This document shows positions 48,926 through 58,448 of a stretch of DNA of 64,000 bases, in pieces (position 1 is the stretch's first letter; every line of letters begins with the position of its first letter). The notes beneath the pieces are model-generated. The model saw nothing but the letters and a program-made list of their open reading frames with translations. It did not search any database and was not told where the DNA came from. This stretch comes from Microbacteriaceae bacterium (GTDB lineage: Bacteria > Actinomycetota > Actinomycetes > Actinomycetales > Microbacteriaceae), in contig JAHBSP010000001.1 of the NCBI GenBank assembly GCA_019639055.1, positions 55,628 to 119,627 of the forward strand, given 5' to 3'. Position numbers and translations under genes: made by a program.

Positions 48926-49702
48926 ATGAAGATAAATTCGTTTGCCGCTTCTTACCTTTCTTCATCGAAACCCAGGTTATTTGCGCATCGCGGCTTTGCG
49001 GTCTATTCCCCAGAAAATACTTTAGAGGCCTTCAAAGCAGCGCTTAAATCTGGTGCAGACTATATCGAAAGCGATATTCAAGTCACGAGTGATGGCGAAA
49101 TTGTTCTCTGTCATGATCCTGATTTAGCAAGCTACGGAATTGAAAATTTCATGATTTCGGAGCACACCTTTGCCGAATTGCAAGCCATAAAAATCGGTGA
49201 ATCGAGCGGGATATCTTCCCTTAGAGAAATTTTGGAGAAGCTACCCAATGAGCGTTTCAATTTAGATTTAAAAACTCCACTTGCTATTACGGCAACGGTG
49301 AAAATAATCAATGATTTGAACGCAAAATCACGGGTATTGCTAGCAAGCTTCCAACATTCAACTCTGAAGCAACTTAGGAATCTTGATCCAGAGATTGTCA
49401 CTTCTGCATCTCAAAAAGAAGTCGTATTAGCACTGCTATTTCACTTCACTGGGCTGGGGAGTTTGATGAAGAGGATATTGAAAAACGCTGTGGCACTACA
49501 GATCCCGGTATCTTTTGCGGGAATAAATCTCGCCTCAAAACGTTGGATTAAAGCGGTGAAGAAATCTGGTACAGAGATTCACTATTGGACAATCAACGAT
49601 CCAGAAAAAGCAAAGCAACTCATTGAATTGGGCGCAGATGGGATAGTAACCGATCGCGCCGATTTGATTTACGAGATGTTCCAAAAAACCCAGTTACGGT
49701 AA
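48926..49702 (+). CDS. Glycerophosphodiester phosphodiesterase
   Basis: Contains AHRGF..ENTLEAF and ADYIESDIQVTSDGEIVLCHD. Confidence 0.85.
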   Translation: MKINSFAASYLSSSKPRLFAHRGFAVYSPENTLEAFKAALKSGADYIESDIQVTSDGEIVLCHDPDLASYGIENFMISEHTFAELQAIKIGESSGISSLREILEKLPNERFNLDLKTPLAITATVKIINDLNAKSRVLLASFQHSTLKQLRNLDPEIVTSASQKEVVLALLFHFTGLGSLMKRILKNAVALQIPVSFAGINLASKRWIKAVKKSGTEIHYWTINDPEKAKQLIELGADGIVTDRADLIYEMFQKTQLR

Positions 49703-49712
49703 GATAGGACAA

Positions 49713-50087
49713 ATGGCAGATAGAAGTTTAAGAGGCATGCGCCTAGGCTCACAGAGCTTGCAAAGTGAGGACGGCGTAGAATTCGCCGAGAGAATTACTG
49801 CAACATACAGAATCCCCGGTGGAGAAGATTTTGAAATAACACTTTCAGCAGATGCTGAAATTCCAGAGACTTGGGAATCACCACTCACAGCGGAAATTGG
49901 TATCTTACTCTCCCCTGACGGAACCCCAGTCATGGAAATTGAAGATGAAGATAAAGTTGTTCGTACCCACTGGGATATGTTGCTTGAACGCAGAAGTGAA
50001 GAAGAATTAGAAGAACTTCTTCAGGACCGTCTCCACAAACTACGTGTCGCTCGCGGCAAGATTGTTGATGATGGGAACAACTCTTAA
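49713..50087 (+). CDS. rbpA: RNA polymerase-binding protein RbpA (Cys-free type)
   Basis: Contains MADRSLRGMRLG, DAEIPETW and RTHWDMLLERRSEEELEELL. Confidence 0.9.
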   Translation: MADRSLRGMRLGSQSLQSEDGVEFAERITATYRIPGGEDFEITLSADAEIPETWESPLTAEIGILLSPDGTPVMEIEDEDKVVRTHWDMLLERRSEEELEELLQDRLHKLRVARGKIVDDGNNS

Positions 50088-50107
50088 AGAGTTATAACTT
50101 ATTTTTT

Positions 50108-50137
50108 AGGACCTCGAGATTACAAATCTCAGGTCCT
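50108..50137. terminator. Bidirectional terminator
   Basis: 12-bp stem with a 1-nt bulge (AGGACCTCGAGAT / ATCTCAGGTCCT) and a 5-nt loop, flanked by T6 upstream and AAATTTTTT downstream. Confidence 0.75.
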
Positions 50138-50144
50138 AAATTTT

Positions 50145-50942
50145 TTAGTCTTGGAAAAGCTTCTTTAGTCTTCTCGAAGTGAAGATAAGTCCCACCACGA
50201 TCATGACCACGAAATACAGTAGATGCCATAAATGACCGGCGCTGAAAGTTCCAAGAGTTAATGCGCGGATTAGTTCAACTCCGTGCCAAAGCGGAAGCGC
50301 TTGAATAAAAACTTGTACGCCTTCAGGGTAAACGCTCAGCGGATAAAAAGTTGCTGAGAAAAGGAACATAGGCAATAAGAAAAACTGGATCAAATCAAGT
50401 TGCTGGAATCTAGTCATATAGCTCGTGATTCCCATTCCTATTGAAGCAAAACCGAAGGCAATAATTATTACTGCAGGGATGGCTAGAATGGCGGTCCAGG
50501 ATAGATTTAGACCGAATAATTGCATCACTCCTAAGAACCCTGTTGCGTATAAACCGCCTCGGAGCAGTGCTAGGAAAATTTCACCAAGTGCGACGTCTAG
50601 TGGCCCAAGTGGCGTGGTTAGCATTGTCTGATAAATCTTGCCGTAATTGAGCTTGAAAAAGACATTCATCGTGGAGTCATAAATAGCGCCATTCATTCCC
50701 GAAACAGCAAGTAGCGCTGGAGCAATAAATGCCGCATAAGGCACCAATTTTCCAGAGCTCTCCACTTCACCGACGAGGGCACCCAGGCCTATTCCCATCG
50801 AAAGTAAATAAAAAACTGGTTCAAAAAATCCAGAGATCACGATCCAAAAATTTGTGCTTTTAGTTGCACGTACTCCCCTGGATATAACTGAGCCGGCATT
50901 GCCTGCATACATAGAAGATAGCCCCGGAATAATCGCACTCAT
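50145..50942 (-). CDS. ABC-2 type transporter permease
   Basis: Six TM helices with the ABC-2 pattern. 4-nt overlap with the upstream permease. Confidence 0.8.
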   Translation of the reverse strand: MSAIIPGLSSMYAGNAGSVISRGVRATKSTNFWIVISGFFEPVFYLLSMGIGLGALVGEVESSGKLVPYAAFIAPALLAVSGMNGAIYDSTMNVFFKLNYGKIYQTMLTTPLGPLDVALGEIFLALLRGGLYATGFLGVMQLFGLNLSWTAILAIPAVIIIAFGFASIGMGITSYMTRFQQLDLIQFFLLPMFLFSATFYPLSVYPEGVQVFIQALPLWHGVELIRALTLGTFSAGHLWHLLYFVVMIVVGLIFTSRRLKKLFQD

Positions 50943-51721
50943 TTGGTTAACCTTCTAGTGAATATTCGAACGGAGGCTAAATAGAAAACAGTAAAAATAA
51001 GCAGCAGATAAATGATGCTAATTGGTGCTAGCCATGCTTGTTCTGGCCAATATGAAAGTGCGCGAGTTGACTGTGTCGCGTGCCATAAAGGGGAAAGCCA
51101 ACCGATTGGTTGTAGATAAATAGGCAATGTGTCTAATGAGAAAAAAGTACCCGAGAACAGGAAAAGTGGCATAACAATGAATCTATAGAAAAGCGTAAGT
51201 ATCGAATCCTGTTCAACTTTTGCTGAAAGACATAAACAGCAGATACCAAACGATAACGCCAGCAGAAGACTGAAAAAGATGCACCACAGTGCCGACTCGA
51301 AGCTAACCCATCCACCAAATGCCCAAACAACTACTGTATAAACAACAGTGGCAGCCATTCCACGAATGGATGCGAAAAATAATGTGCCACGAACAATTTC
51401 AGCGGGTGAAATCGGCGTCGCAAACATTGCTTCAAATATCTTGTTCCAACGGAATCCGCCCAAAATTGGCCACATAAGCTCTCCAGCTACAGTCAACATA
51501 GCTGTTGAACAAACCAGTGCTGGAGCAACGAATTGCAGATAACCTATGCCGTTGATTGTTTGTCCGTTTGCATCAATAAGTGAGCCAAGCCCTACTCCGA
51601 GCGCAAAAAGATAGGCAACGGGAGATAAAAATGTTTCTGCAAAAACTGTACCCAAATAATCTTTGGATGCACGCAGCTTATGGGCAATTACAGCGCGTGT
51701 TCCGAAACTAAGAATATTCAA
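50939..51721 (-). CDS. ABC-2 type transporter permease
   Basis: Six TM helices, a paralogue of the downstream permease. Confidence 0.8.
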   Translation of the reverse strand: MNILSFGTRAVIAHKLRASKDYLGTVFAETFLSPVAYLFALGVGLGSLIDANGQTINGIGYLQFVAPALVCSTAMLTVAGELMWPILGGFRWNKIFEAMFATPISPAEIVRGTLFFASIRGMAATVVYTVVVWAFGGWVSFESALWCIFFSLLLALSFGICCLCLSAKVEQDSILTLFYRFIVMPLFLFSGTFFSLDTLPIYLQPIGWLSPLWHATQSTRALSYWPEQAWLAPISIIYLLLIFTVFYLASVRIFTRRLTK

Positions 51722-52644
51722 TCGATTAGCGACCTTCCGGTCAGCTTTAAAAAGACATCTTCAAGGCTCGAACGCCTTACTAAAGAAGTAATTGGCACTA
51801 ATCCGCGCCTGTGGACTTCGCTAAGGATTTCTTCGCCGTTGTTGGCATAAATAAGGATGCGGTCGGGTAAAACTTCGATACGATCCCCTACCCCTGATAA
51901 GGCATCGGCCGCAGACCGGTTAGAGTCAGAGCCAAACCTTACTTCGGCAACTTCACGAGATGAGTATTGACGTATCAAGGCTGCCGGAGATCCTTCAGCC
52001 ATAATTTGCCCCTTGTCGACAACTATTAGGCGGTCAGCTAACTGTTCAGCCTCATCCATATAGTGAGTGGTTAAAACAAGTGTTGTACCCTGCTCACGTA
52101 GTCTGAATAGTCTGTCCCAAAGAATATGCCTGGCTTGGGGGTCTAACCCTGTTGTGGGCTCATCCAGAAGAAAAATCTTTGGTTCATTCATAAGGCCACG
52201 CGCGATGGTGAGTCTTCGTTTCATACCGCCTGAAAGATCGTCGATCTTCTCGTTTCGTTTATCTTTCAGCTGTGCAAAATCAAGTAATCCTTCAAGTCGA
52301 TCTTTTACGATCTTTTTGTCAATGCCAAAATATCGACCATAAACGTAGAGGTTTTCCCACACTTTAAGTTCTTGGTCTAGGTTGTCGGCTTGTGGCACCA
52401 CACCAAGCTGAGCACGAATCTTCGGCCCATCAACGCTTGGATCCATGCCTAGAATTTCTAAATCGCCCGAAGTTCTATTGGAAACAGCGCCAATCATGCG
52501 CATTGTTGTCGATTTACCGGCGCCATTAGGTCCGAGTAGCCCAAAAGATTCACCTGGTTCCACTTCAAAGTCGATGCCCTTTACGGCTTCAAAATCTTTA
52601 AACTTCTTTACTAGGCTTTTGGCACTAATTACTGGATTTGGCAC
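51718..52644 (-). CDS. ABC transporter ATP-binding protein (DrrA/NodI-like)
   Basis: Contains GPNGAGKST, LSGGMKRRL and LLDEPTTGLD. Confidence 0.9.
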   Translation of the reverse strand: MPNPVISAKSLVKKFKDFEAVKGIDFEVEPGESFGLLGPNGAGKSTTMRMIGAVSNRTSGDLEILGMDPSVDGPKIRAQLGVVPQADNLDQELKVWENLYVYGRYFGIDKKIVKDRLEGLLDFAQLKDKRNEKIDDLSGGMKRRLTIARGLMNEPKIFLLDEPTTGLDPQARHILWDRLFRLREQGTTLVLTTHYMDEAEQLADRLIVVDKGQIMAEGSPAALIRQYSSREVAEVRFGSDSNRSAADALSGVGDRIEVLPDRILIYANNGEEILSEVHRRGLVPITSLVRRSSLEDVFLKLTGRSLID

Positions 52645-54136
52645 TAGATAAGTCTAGACCTTTGCGAAAATAAACAACTGCAATTGCGAGAATAAATACG
52701 CCCCAAGTGAGCAGCAAATCAATCCAAACTCCGAAAGCCATAGCAGGAGTAATTCCGGATGCAGTAGGAACGTTCTGCAACATAGCGGATGCTTCAAATG
52801 GGGTCAGTGAATCAATAGTAGTTCCGTCTGGCGCAATTATTGCTGAATAACCAACTGTTGAGATATGTATCACGGCTCGACCAGACTGGATGGCTTGAAG
52901 TCTTGCAATTGCAAGTTGTTGATTACCCTGTTCTGTTTTTCCAAAATCAGCATTATTGGACTGAACGACAATAATTTCAGCACCGGTTGCGACTAAGTCA
53001 CGTATTTGCCAGTCATGCGCAATATCAAAGCATATAGTGATTCCAAGATTGTGTCCTGATATATCAAAGTTCGCATCTGTTTGACCGAATTGGTAATCCC
53101 TAGTGACAAGTGCGACTAAATCTGGAGCTAGTAGAGAGTAAAACTCCCTGTCTGGCATATACTCCGCAAATGGCACTGGAGCTTTCTTATCGTAGAAGTC
53201 AGTAGCGCCTTTACCTGATTCCCATTTCAGCGAGGTGTTGAAATAGAGATCGTCCCTTTTGGTAATAGTCCCCGTAAGCAGTGGTGCGTTAAACCAGCCG
53301 CTCACAATATCTAAAACAGTTGCAGCCTGAGAACTGCGAAGCGGATCGATGTCTGATGCGTTTTCCGGCCAAATTACTACATCTACATTTTCATTCTTAT
53401 AAGGTTCGGTAGCCTGAAAATGGTTACCGAGCACAGTTCCTGGTGGATCGTTGGAATCGAGCCTGGCATTCGCGTTACCTTGGACAGCCAAAACACGAAT
53501 GCTATCCCCCTGCGTTACTGGCCAAACGGGAACAAATATTCCGAATAAAAGGATTGCTAGTAAAACAGCGGTAGTGCGAATTGTAAATTTCTTTGCGCTT
53601 ATGAGTACAAAAATGTATGCGCTAACCCAAACAACAAAGAAACTTAGACCGGTAATTCCCACTAAACTAGCAAGCTCTGCAATTGGTGAAAGAGATTGAG
53701 AAAGGCCAATTCTCCCCCATGGAAAACCGCCGTATGGAAAAACATTCATGATACTTTCGCGGAAAATCCAAATTCCAGCGGAAGCCAAGGGCCACAACCA
53801 GACATACGTTATTGCTGATTTATCCTTTGCCAAGAATTTACTGGAAAAGTAATGTAATGCGCCGGCAACGGTAAAACCACAAGTCATTCCGAAAACTAAA
53901 CCAGCCCATGGAATCGGGCCAAGGTAAAGAGTCATCCAAGCAACATGGAAGCCATAAAACACAGCACCGAAAACGGTAGAAACTAGCACCGACATCCAGA
54001 ATTTCAATCCAGACATTGCCCAAAAATAGCCGAAAACCGCAACTGGAGCAATTATCCAAATGTTTGCATTTGGATATGCGAAAGAAAGCAGAAAGCCAGA
54101 TACAGCAGCAATTAGCAGGTTTATGAGTTTATTCAA
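52625..54136 (-). CDS. lnt: Apolipoprotein N-acyltransferase
   Basis: N-terminal polytopic domain and a C-terminal CN-hydrolase domain (VIWPE, ITICFD catalytic Cys). Confidence 0.85.
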   Translation of the reverse strand: MNKLINLLIAAVSGFLLSFAYPNANIWIIAPVAVFGYFWAMSGLKFWMSVLVSTVFGAVFYGFHVAWMTLYLGPIPWAGLVFGMTCGFTVAGALHYFSSKFLAKDKSAITYVWLWPLASAGIWIFRESIMNVFPYGGFPWGRIGLSQSLSPIAELASLVGITGLSFFVVWVSAYIFVLISAKKFTIRTTAVLLAILLFGIFVPVWPVTQGDSIRVLAVQGNANARLDSNDPPGTVLGNHFQATEPYKNENVDVVIWPENASDIDPLRSSQAATVLDIVSGWFNAPLLTGTITKRDDLYFNTSLKWESGKGATDFYDKKAPVPFAEYMPDREFYSLLAPDLVALVTRDYQFGQTDANFDISGHNLGITICFDIAHDWQIRDLVATGAEIIVVQSNNADFGKTEQGNQQLAIARLQAIQSGRAVIHISTVGYSAIIAPDGTTIDSLTPFEASAMLQNVPTASGITPAMAFGVWIDLLLTWGVFILAIAVVYFRKGLDLSSAKSSN

Positions 54137-56474
54137 GTACCACTACTCCCCTTCTAATTGCTTCAATCGCCTGATTAGGGATATTACCCAATAAACCTGT
54201 GCCATAAATCTGGTCAAGAATGTCTATTACCTGCTTAGACCAGCGCACAAAATCACCGGCAGGCAGTCCACACTCTGCTAGAACGTCCTCTAAAGAGTCG
54301 CCACTTGCCCAACGATACATCCCGAACGATAGTTCAGTAGAAGGCACATCAGTTCCGGGAAGCTTGTGTTCGATCTCTATACCCTGCAACTCCGACCACA
54401 ATGCAAAAGTTTCAGCTTGAGCATCTTGATAGTTACGTGTGATTTTGCGGGGAATAGGCGGTTCGTTTAGGCGAGGTTCATAAACCATCAAAGTCGATAT
54501 TGCTGCTATTTCCGCAAAGTTCAAATCTTGCCATATACCCCGTAACAATGCTTGTGAAATTAACAAATCTCTTTCTGCATAAATTCCTTTTAGCATCTCA
54601 CCTTGTTCGGTTATCAGAATGTCTTTATCTGCTGTTTCTAAATAACCAATGTTAGTTAGGACATTACATAATTGGTCAAAACGCCTAGAAATCGCATTAG
54701 TACGTCTAGAAATCTCACTATCTATCTGTTTAATTTCTTGTTTCAGTTTCCAGTACCTTTCGCCCCATCTCGCGTGTTGTTCTCGTTCCTTACACTGGTG
54801 GCAGGGGTGATGCCTCATGTCTTCGCGTAGGTTATGAATCTTTTCAACTAGGCGAGCAGTTCTTCCTTTATCAAGTTGTTTTCGTGTCTGGCGTTCGAGA
54901 TCAGAAATTTCTCTGCGTATGCGTGAATATTCGCTAAAGTCACCCAAATGGCATGCCATAGATCTTTCGTAGCCTCTTAGACTCTCCCTTGCGCTTGTAA
55001 CTTTATTAGCCAGGGATACCACGCTTCGATCGGCTTCAAACTGCGCAAATGAAAGCTGCAGAGTTTCGATCACTTTTTTGCGATCAAACTTAGCAAGCAG
55101 GTTGATCGCCATGTTGTAACTGGGGCGGAAACTTGAATTAAGCGGATATGTTCTTTTCGAGGCCAAGGAAGCAACGCTGTTTATGTCCATACCCTCATTC
55201 CAGATAATTACAGAATGGCCTTCGGTATCAATACCGCGTCTGCCGGCTCTTCCAGTAAATTGTGTGTATTCACCTGGTGTGATTGGAACCTGAGCGATAC
55301 CGTTATATTTTTCAAGTTTCTCAATCACTACCGTTTTTGCTGGCATATTAATACCGAGTGCAAGAGTTTCAGTGGCAAAAACAATTTTTATTAATTTGCG
55401 TTGGTATAAGACCTCGACAATCTCTTTAAACAAAGGGATCAAACCAGCGTGATGAGTAGCAAAACCTTTACGTAAATCGTTGAACCAAGGGTTAAAATTC
55501 AGTACCCATAGATCCTCGCTAGAAATATTTGCTGTTGCTTGTAATACAAACTCCTCTATCTGTTTGCGCTCATCCGCTGTAGTAAAAACCAAACCAGAAC
55601 GTGACATTGCGGTCGCTGCCTGTTCGCACCCAGCTCTGGAGAATACAAAATAAATTACGGGGAGTAAGTTAGAGCGTTGTAGTGCTTCAATTACTTCAAC
55701 ACGGTCAAACCTGTTTCTTTTGGCAACAGCACGAGTTTTAGCTTTACCTCGACCATAAACATCTTTGGCTCTTTGCGAACTGCGATATCCAGAACCTAAG
55801 ATTCTCACCAACTCAGGATTAATCATGCGCTTGTCACTATCGTCCGTAAACAGGGTGCTTAATTCGCGCAAGTAGTAAACATGTTGTGTAAGTGGGATTG
55901 GTCTATGTTCGGAAACGACAACCTTTGTATTTCCGCGGACTTCTTGTAACCATTCTCCAAATTCTTCAGCATTAGAAACCGTAGCGCTAAGTGAAATTAC
56001 TTTAATCTCCTGTGGAAGATGAATAATGACTTCTTCCCAGACCGCTCCCCTGAATCTATCCGCTAAATAATGGACTTCATCCATCACTACCCAACGAAGG
56101 TTTTTTAGGGTTGTAGATTCTTCATAAAGCATATTTCTTAGAACTTCAGTAGTCATAACTACTATTTGTGCTTCAGAATTTATATTGTTATCGCCAGTTA
56201 ATAACCCCACCCTGTGCTCACCGTATTCAGATTTAAGTTCTGAATATTTCTGGTTACTCAGCGCCTTCATGGGCGTGGTGTAAAAAACTTTATCCTTGGA
56301 GTTACGAGTTGCAAGGTAGATAGCATACTGTGCAATAACAGTTTTACCTGCTCCTGTTGGCGCTGCGACTAAGACTCCTAGACCATTATTAATTGCAGTG
56401 CATGCTTCTAACTGAAAAGAATCCATTGTGAAACCGAGTGCGATTTCAAATTCTTTTAATTTAGGATTTTCCAT
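54129..56474 (-). CDS. helY: Ski2-like DEAD/DEAH-box RNA helicase HelY
   Basis: Contains APTGAGKT, MDEVHYL and SATV, with a C-terminal DSHCT-like region. In the conserved position after tatC. Confidence 0.9.
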   Translation of the reverse strand: MENPKLKEFEIALGFTMDSFQLEACTAINNGLGVLVAAPTGAGKTVIAQYAIYLATRNSKDKVFYTTPMKALSNQKYSELKSEYGEHRVGLLTGDNNINSEAQIVVMTTEVLRNMLYEESTTLKNLRWVVMDEVHYLADRFRGAVWEEVIIHLPQEIKVISLSATVSNAEEFGEWLQEVRGNTKVVVSEHRPIPLTQHVYYLRELSTLFTDDSDKRMINPELVRILGSGYRSSQRAKDVYGRGKAKTRAVAKRNRFDRVEVIEALQRSNLLPVIYFVFSRAGCEQAATAMSRSGLVFTTADERKQIEEFVLQATANISSEDLWVLNFNPWFNDLRKGFATHHAGLIPLFKEIVEVLYQRKLIKIVFATETLALGINMPAKTVVIEKLEKYNGIAQVPITPGEYTQFTGRAGRRGIDTEGHSVIIWNEGMDINSVASLASKRTYPLNSSFRPSYNMAINLLAKFDRKKVIETLQLSFAQFEADRSVVSLANKVTSARESLRGYERSMACHLGDFSEYSRIRREISDLERQTRKQLDKGRTARLVEKIHNLREDMRHHPCHQCKEREQHARWGERYWKLKQEIKQIDSEISRRTNAISRRFDQLCNVLTNIGYLETADKDILITEQGEMLKGIYAERDLLISQALLRGIWQDLNFAEIAAISTLMVYEPRLNEPPIPRKITRNYQDAQAETFALWSELQGIEIEHKLPGTDVPSTELSFGMYRWASGDSLEDVLAECGLPAGDFVRWSKQVIDILDQIYGTGLLGNIPNQAIEAIRRGVVVLE

Positions 56475-56479
56475 GAAAC

Positions 56480-57244
56480 TTATACGACTATTTGTTCTTT
56501 AGGTTTAACGAATCTTTCCCTGATCCAACTGATAAACCAGGCCAAAATATACAGTGCAAAAAGTGGAACAACAATTGTAAACATTGACATTAGATCGCCA
56601 GCGGGCATAACTATTGCTCCGAATAGCAAAGACACTATGATGGCAATCCGCCACTGCTTGATTATGGTCGCCGCTGAGAGGAGTCCAAAAAAGTTGAGCG
56701 CCACTAGTAATAAAGGAATTACAAAAGCAATACCGCATCCAATAACGAGCCTGAACGCAAAAGTGAAATATTCAGGGGCATTGAAATAAGAGGCATCCTC
56801 AGCGGGGGTAAAGGAAGAAAGGATGCGAACCATTTGCGGAAGTATGTACCAACCTACGACTCCGCCAAATGCGAATAATGGTAGAGAAATGAGGAAGAAG
56901 GAAAGTCCATAGATTTTCTCTCGCCTTGTAAGTGCCGGAAGAAAGTATGCCCAAATCTGGTACATCCAAATCGGAGAAGTAATAATTACTCCAATAAAGA
57001 AAGAAACCTTTAGTTTTAGATCAAAAGATGAGGTTATTGTTGGATAAACCAAAATTGCGTCGCGCTCTTCGGCAATTGCAGTGACGGGTTCGCGTAGCCA
57101 CTCCCAAATAAAATCCGTTAAGAAAAAACCGGCAACAGCGCCACCAATAAGTACAAAGCCAATAATGAAGAAGCGATTCCTAAGCTCTTTTAAATGAGAG
57201 CCTAGCGACATCCTTCTTTCAGGATTTTTAGCTCGAACAGCCAA
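56480..57244 (-). CDS. tatC: Sec-independent translocase subunit TatC
   Basis: Six TM helices and an N-terminal HLKELRNR. Confidence 0.9.
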   Translation of the reverse strand: MAVRAKNPERRMSLGSHLKELRNRFFIIGFVLIGGAVAGFFLTDFIWEWLREPVTAIAEERDAILVYPTITSSFDLKLKVSFFIGVIITSPIWMYQIWAYFLPALTRREKIYGLSFFLISLPLFAFGGVVGWYILPQMVRILSSFTPAEDASYFNAPEYFTFAFRLVIGCGIAFVIPLLLVALNFFGLLSAATIIKQWRIAIIVSLLFGAIVMPAGDLMSMFTIVVPLFALYILAWFISWIRERFVKPKEQIVV

Positions 57245-57246
57245 TC

Positions 57247-57447
57247 TTATTCTTTAGAATCGTTTTTCTTATCGAGAGAATTGGCTGAATCAGAACTTTC
57301 AGGATCCTCGATATCTTCGTTTTTCATTTCTTTTTTGAAAATCTTTAAGGATTGCCCCAGCGATTTAGCAAAAATTGGCAATTTAGGAGCAGCGAAAAGA
57401 ATTAACACTAAAAGGATTATTCCTGCCCATACCCAAGGGTTACGCAT
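57247..57447 (-). CDS. tatA: Sec-independent translocase subunit TatA/E
   Basis: 66 aa: a TM helix, an amphipathic helix (FAKSLGQSLKIFKKEMK) and an acidic tail. Confidence 0.85.
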   Translation of the reverse strand: MRNPWVWAGIILLVLILFAAPKLPIFAKSLGQSLKIFKKEMKNEDIEDPESSDSANSLDKKNDSKE

Positions 57448-57500
57448 TATCTGACTCCTTTGAAGACCTACGTGAAATTATTGAGAACATATTAACCCTA

Positions 57501-58385
57501 CTATTTTGTGTACCTATTTAATGCATCATTAGACCACTTAGTTACTTCCTTCACCGCTTCAGGTGGCGAAACAACTTTTAACTTGCCTGCAAATTTAGTA
57601 ACAAGACGTTTCAGAGAATGAAAATGGTAGACGGGGATTTCAATTACCTTAGCGTCGACTCTTTTGAAATTCCAGTCACTAATAAAAGGGATAATGACGG
57701 GATCAACTTCTAATTGAACATAAATTGCTTGAGTATTAGTAAAACTGGTCTCCCATGTATTGAAGAAATCTCTGCGTTCGAATTTTTCATTGTTGATTTC
57801 TACACTTTGAATTTGGTCAATGCTAAAGCTTCTGGGAGCATTTCTGAGACGGCACCAGCTTTGTAGATACCAACGGCCATCTGCGGAGAAAAGCTCAATA
57901 GGCTCAATTGTTCTAGAAGTTACTGTTCCCTCATAACCTACGTAAGTTATATCTAGTGTCTTTTTTTCACTAAGCGCGAGCCTTATCGAATCTATATTTG
58001 CCGAAATCGGGGCATCCTGAATCAACACTGAAGAATGTTCATTTGCGCTTCCCGTCTTAAGTTTTTTTAAAAGAACATCAATAACAGGAATTTCTTCTCT
58101 ACTGGCAATGTATTTAAGGAACTGCAATCCCGAAATAATTGCAGCAAACTCTTTATGGTTCAGTCTAGGTACCCGACTAAGACCTGGATGACTATTTATT
58201 TCTAATTCGCCCTCAAAATCAAGTGCGTCCCAGTTAATATCAATGTAATTGTTCGGTGAAGTTATCTCGGTCGATTCTGGAATCGGAACAGTCGTTAAAT
58301 TAGTAAAGATCTCAGTTACGGTAGATTCTGGCACATTAAAGAATTGCGCTACTTCAGAAGACTTGACACCTGGATGGTCTAACAC
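57501..58385 (-). CDS. pafC: WYL-domain regulator PafC (N-terminus unresolved; frame open up to 58448)
   Basis: HTH remnant SSEVAQFFNVPESTV, a WYL-type RWYLQSWC and a C-terminal WCX-like region, downstream of pafB. No in-frame ATG/GTG/TTG lies upstream of GTG 58385. Confidence 0.7.
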   Translation of the reverse strand: MLDHPGVKSSEVAQFFNVPESTVTEIFTNLTTVPIPESTEITSPNNYIDINWDALDFEGELEINSHPGLSRVPRLNHKEFAAIISGLQFLKYIASREEIPVIDVLLKKLKTGSANEHSSVLIQDAPISANIDSIRLALSEKKTLDITYVGYEGTVTSRTIEPIELFSADGRWYLQSWCRLRNAPRSFSIDQIQSVEINNEKFERRDFFNTWETSFTNTQAIYVQLEVDPVIIPFISDWNFKRVDAKVIEIPVYHFHSLKRLVTKFAGKLKVVSPPEAVKEVTKWSNDALNRYTK

Positions 58386-58448
58386 CCATGAAACAAGAGA
58401 TAAACGGAAAATAAATTCTCGATCACTCGAAAGCTTCAGCAGCTGCCA

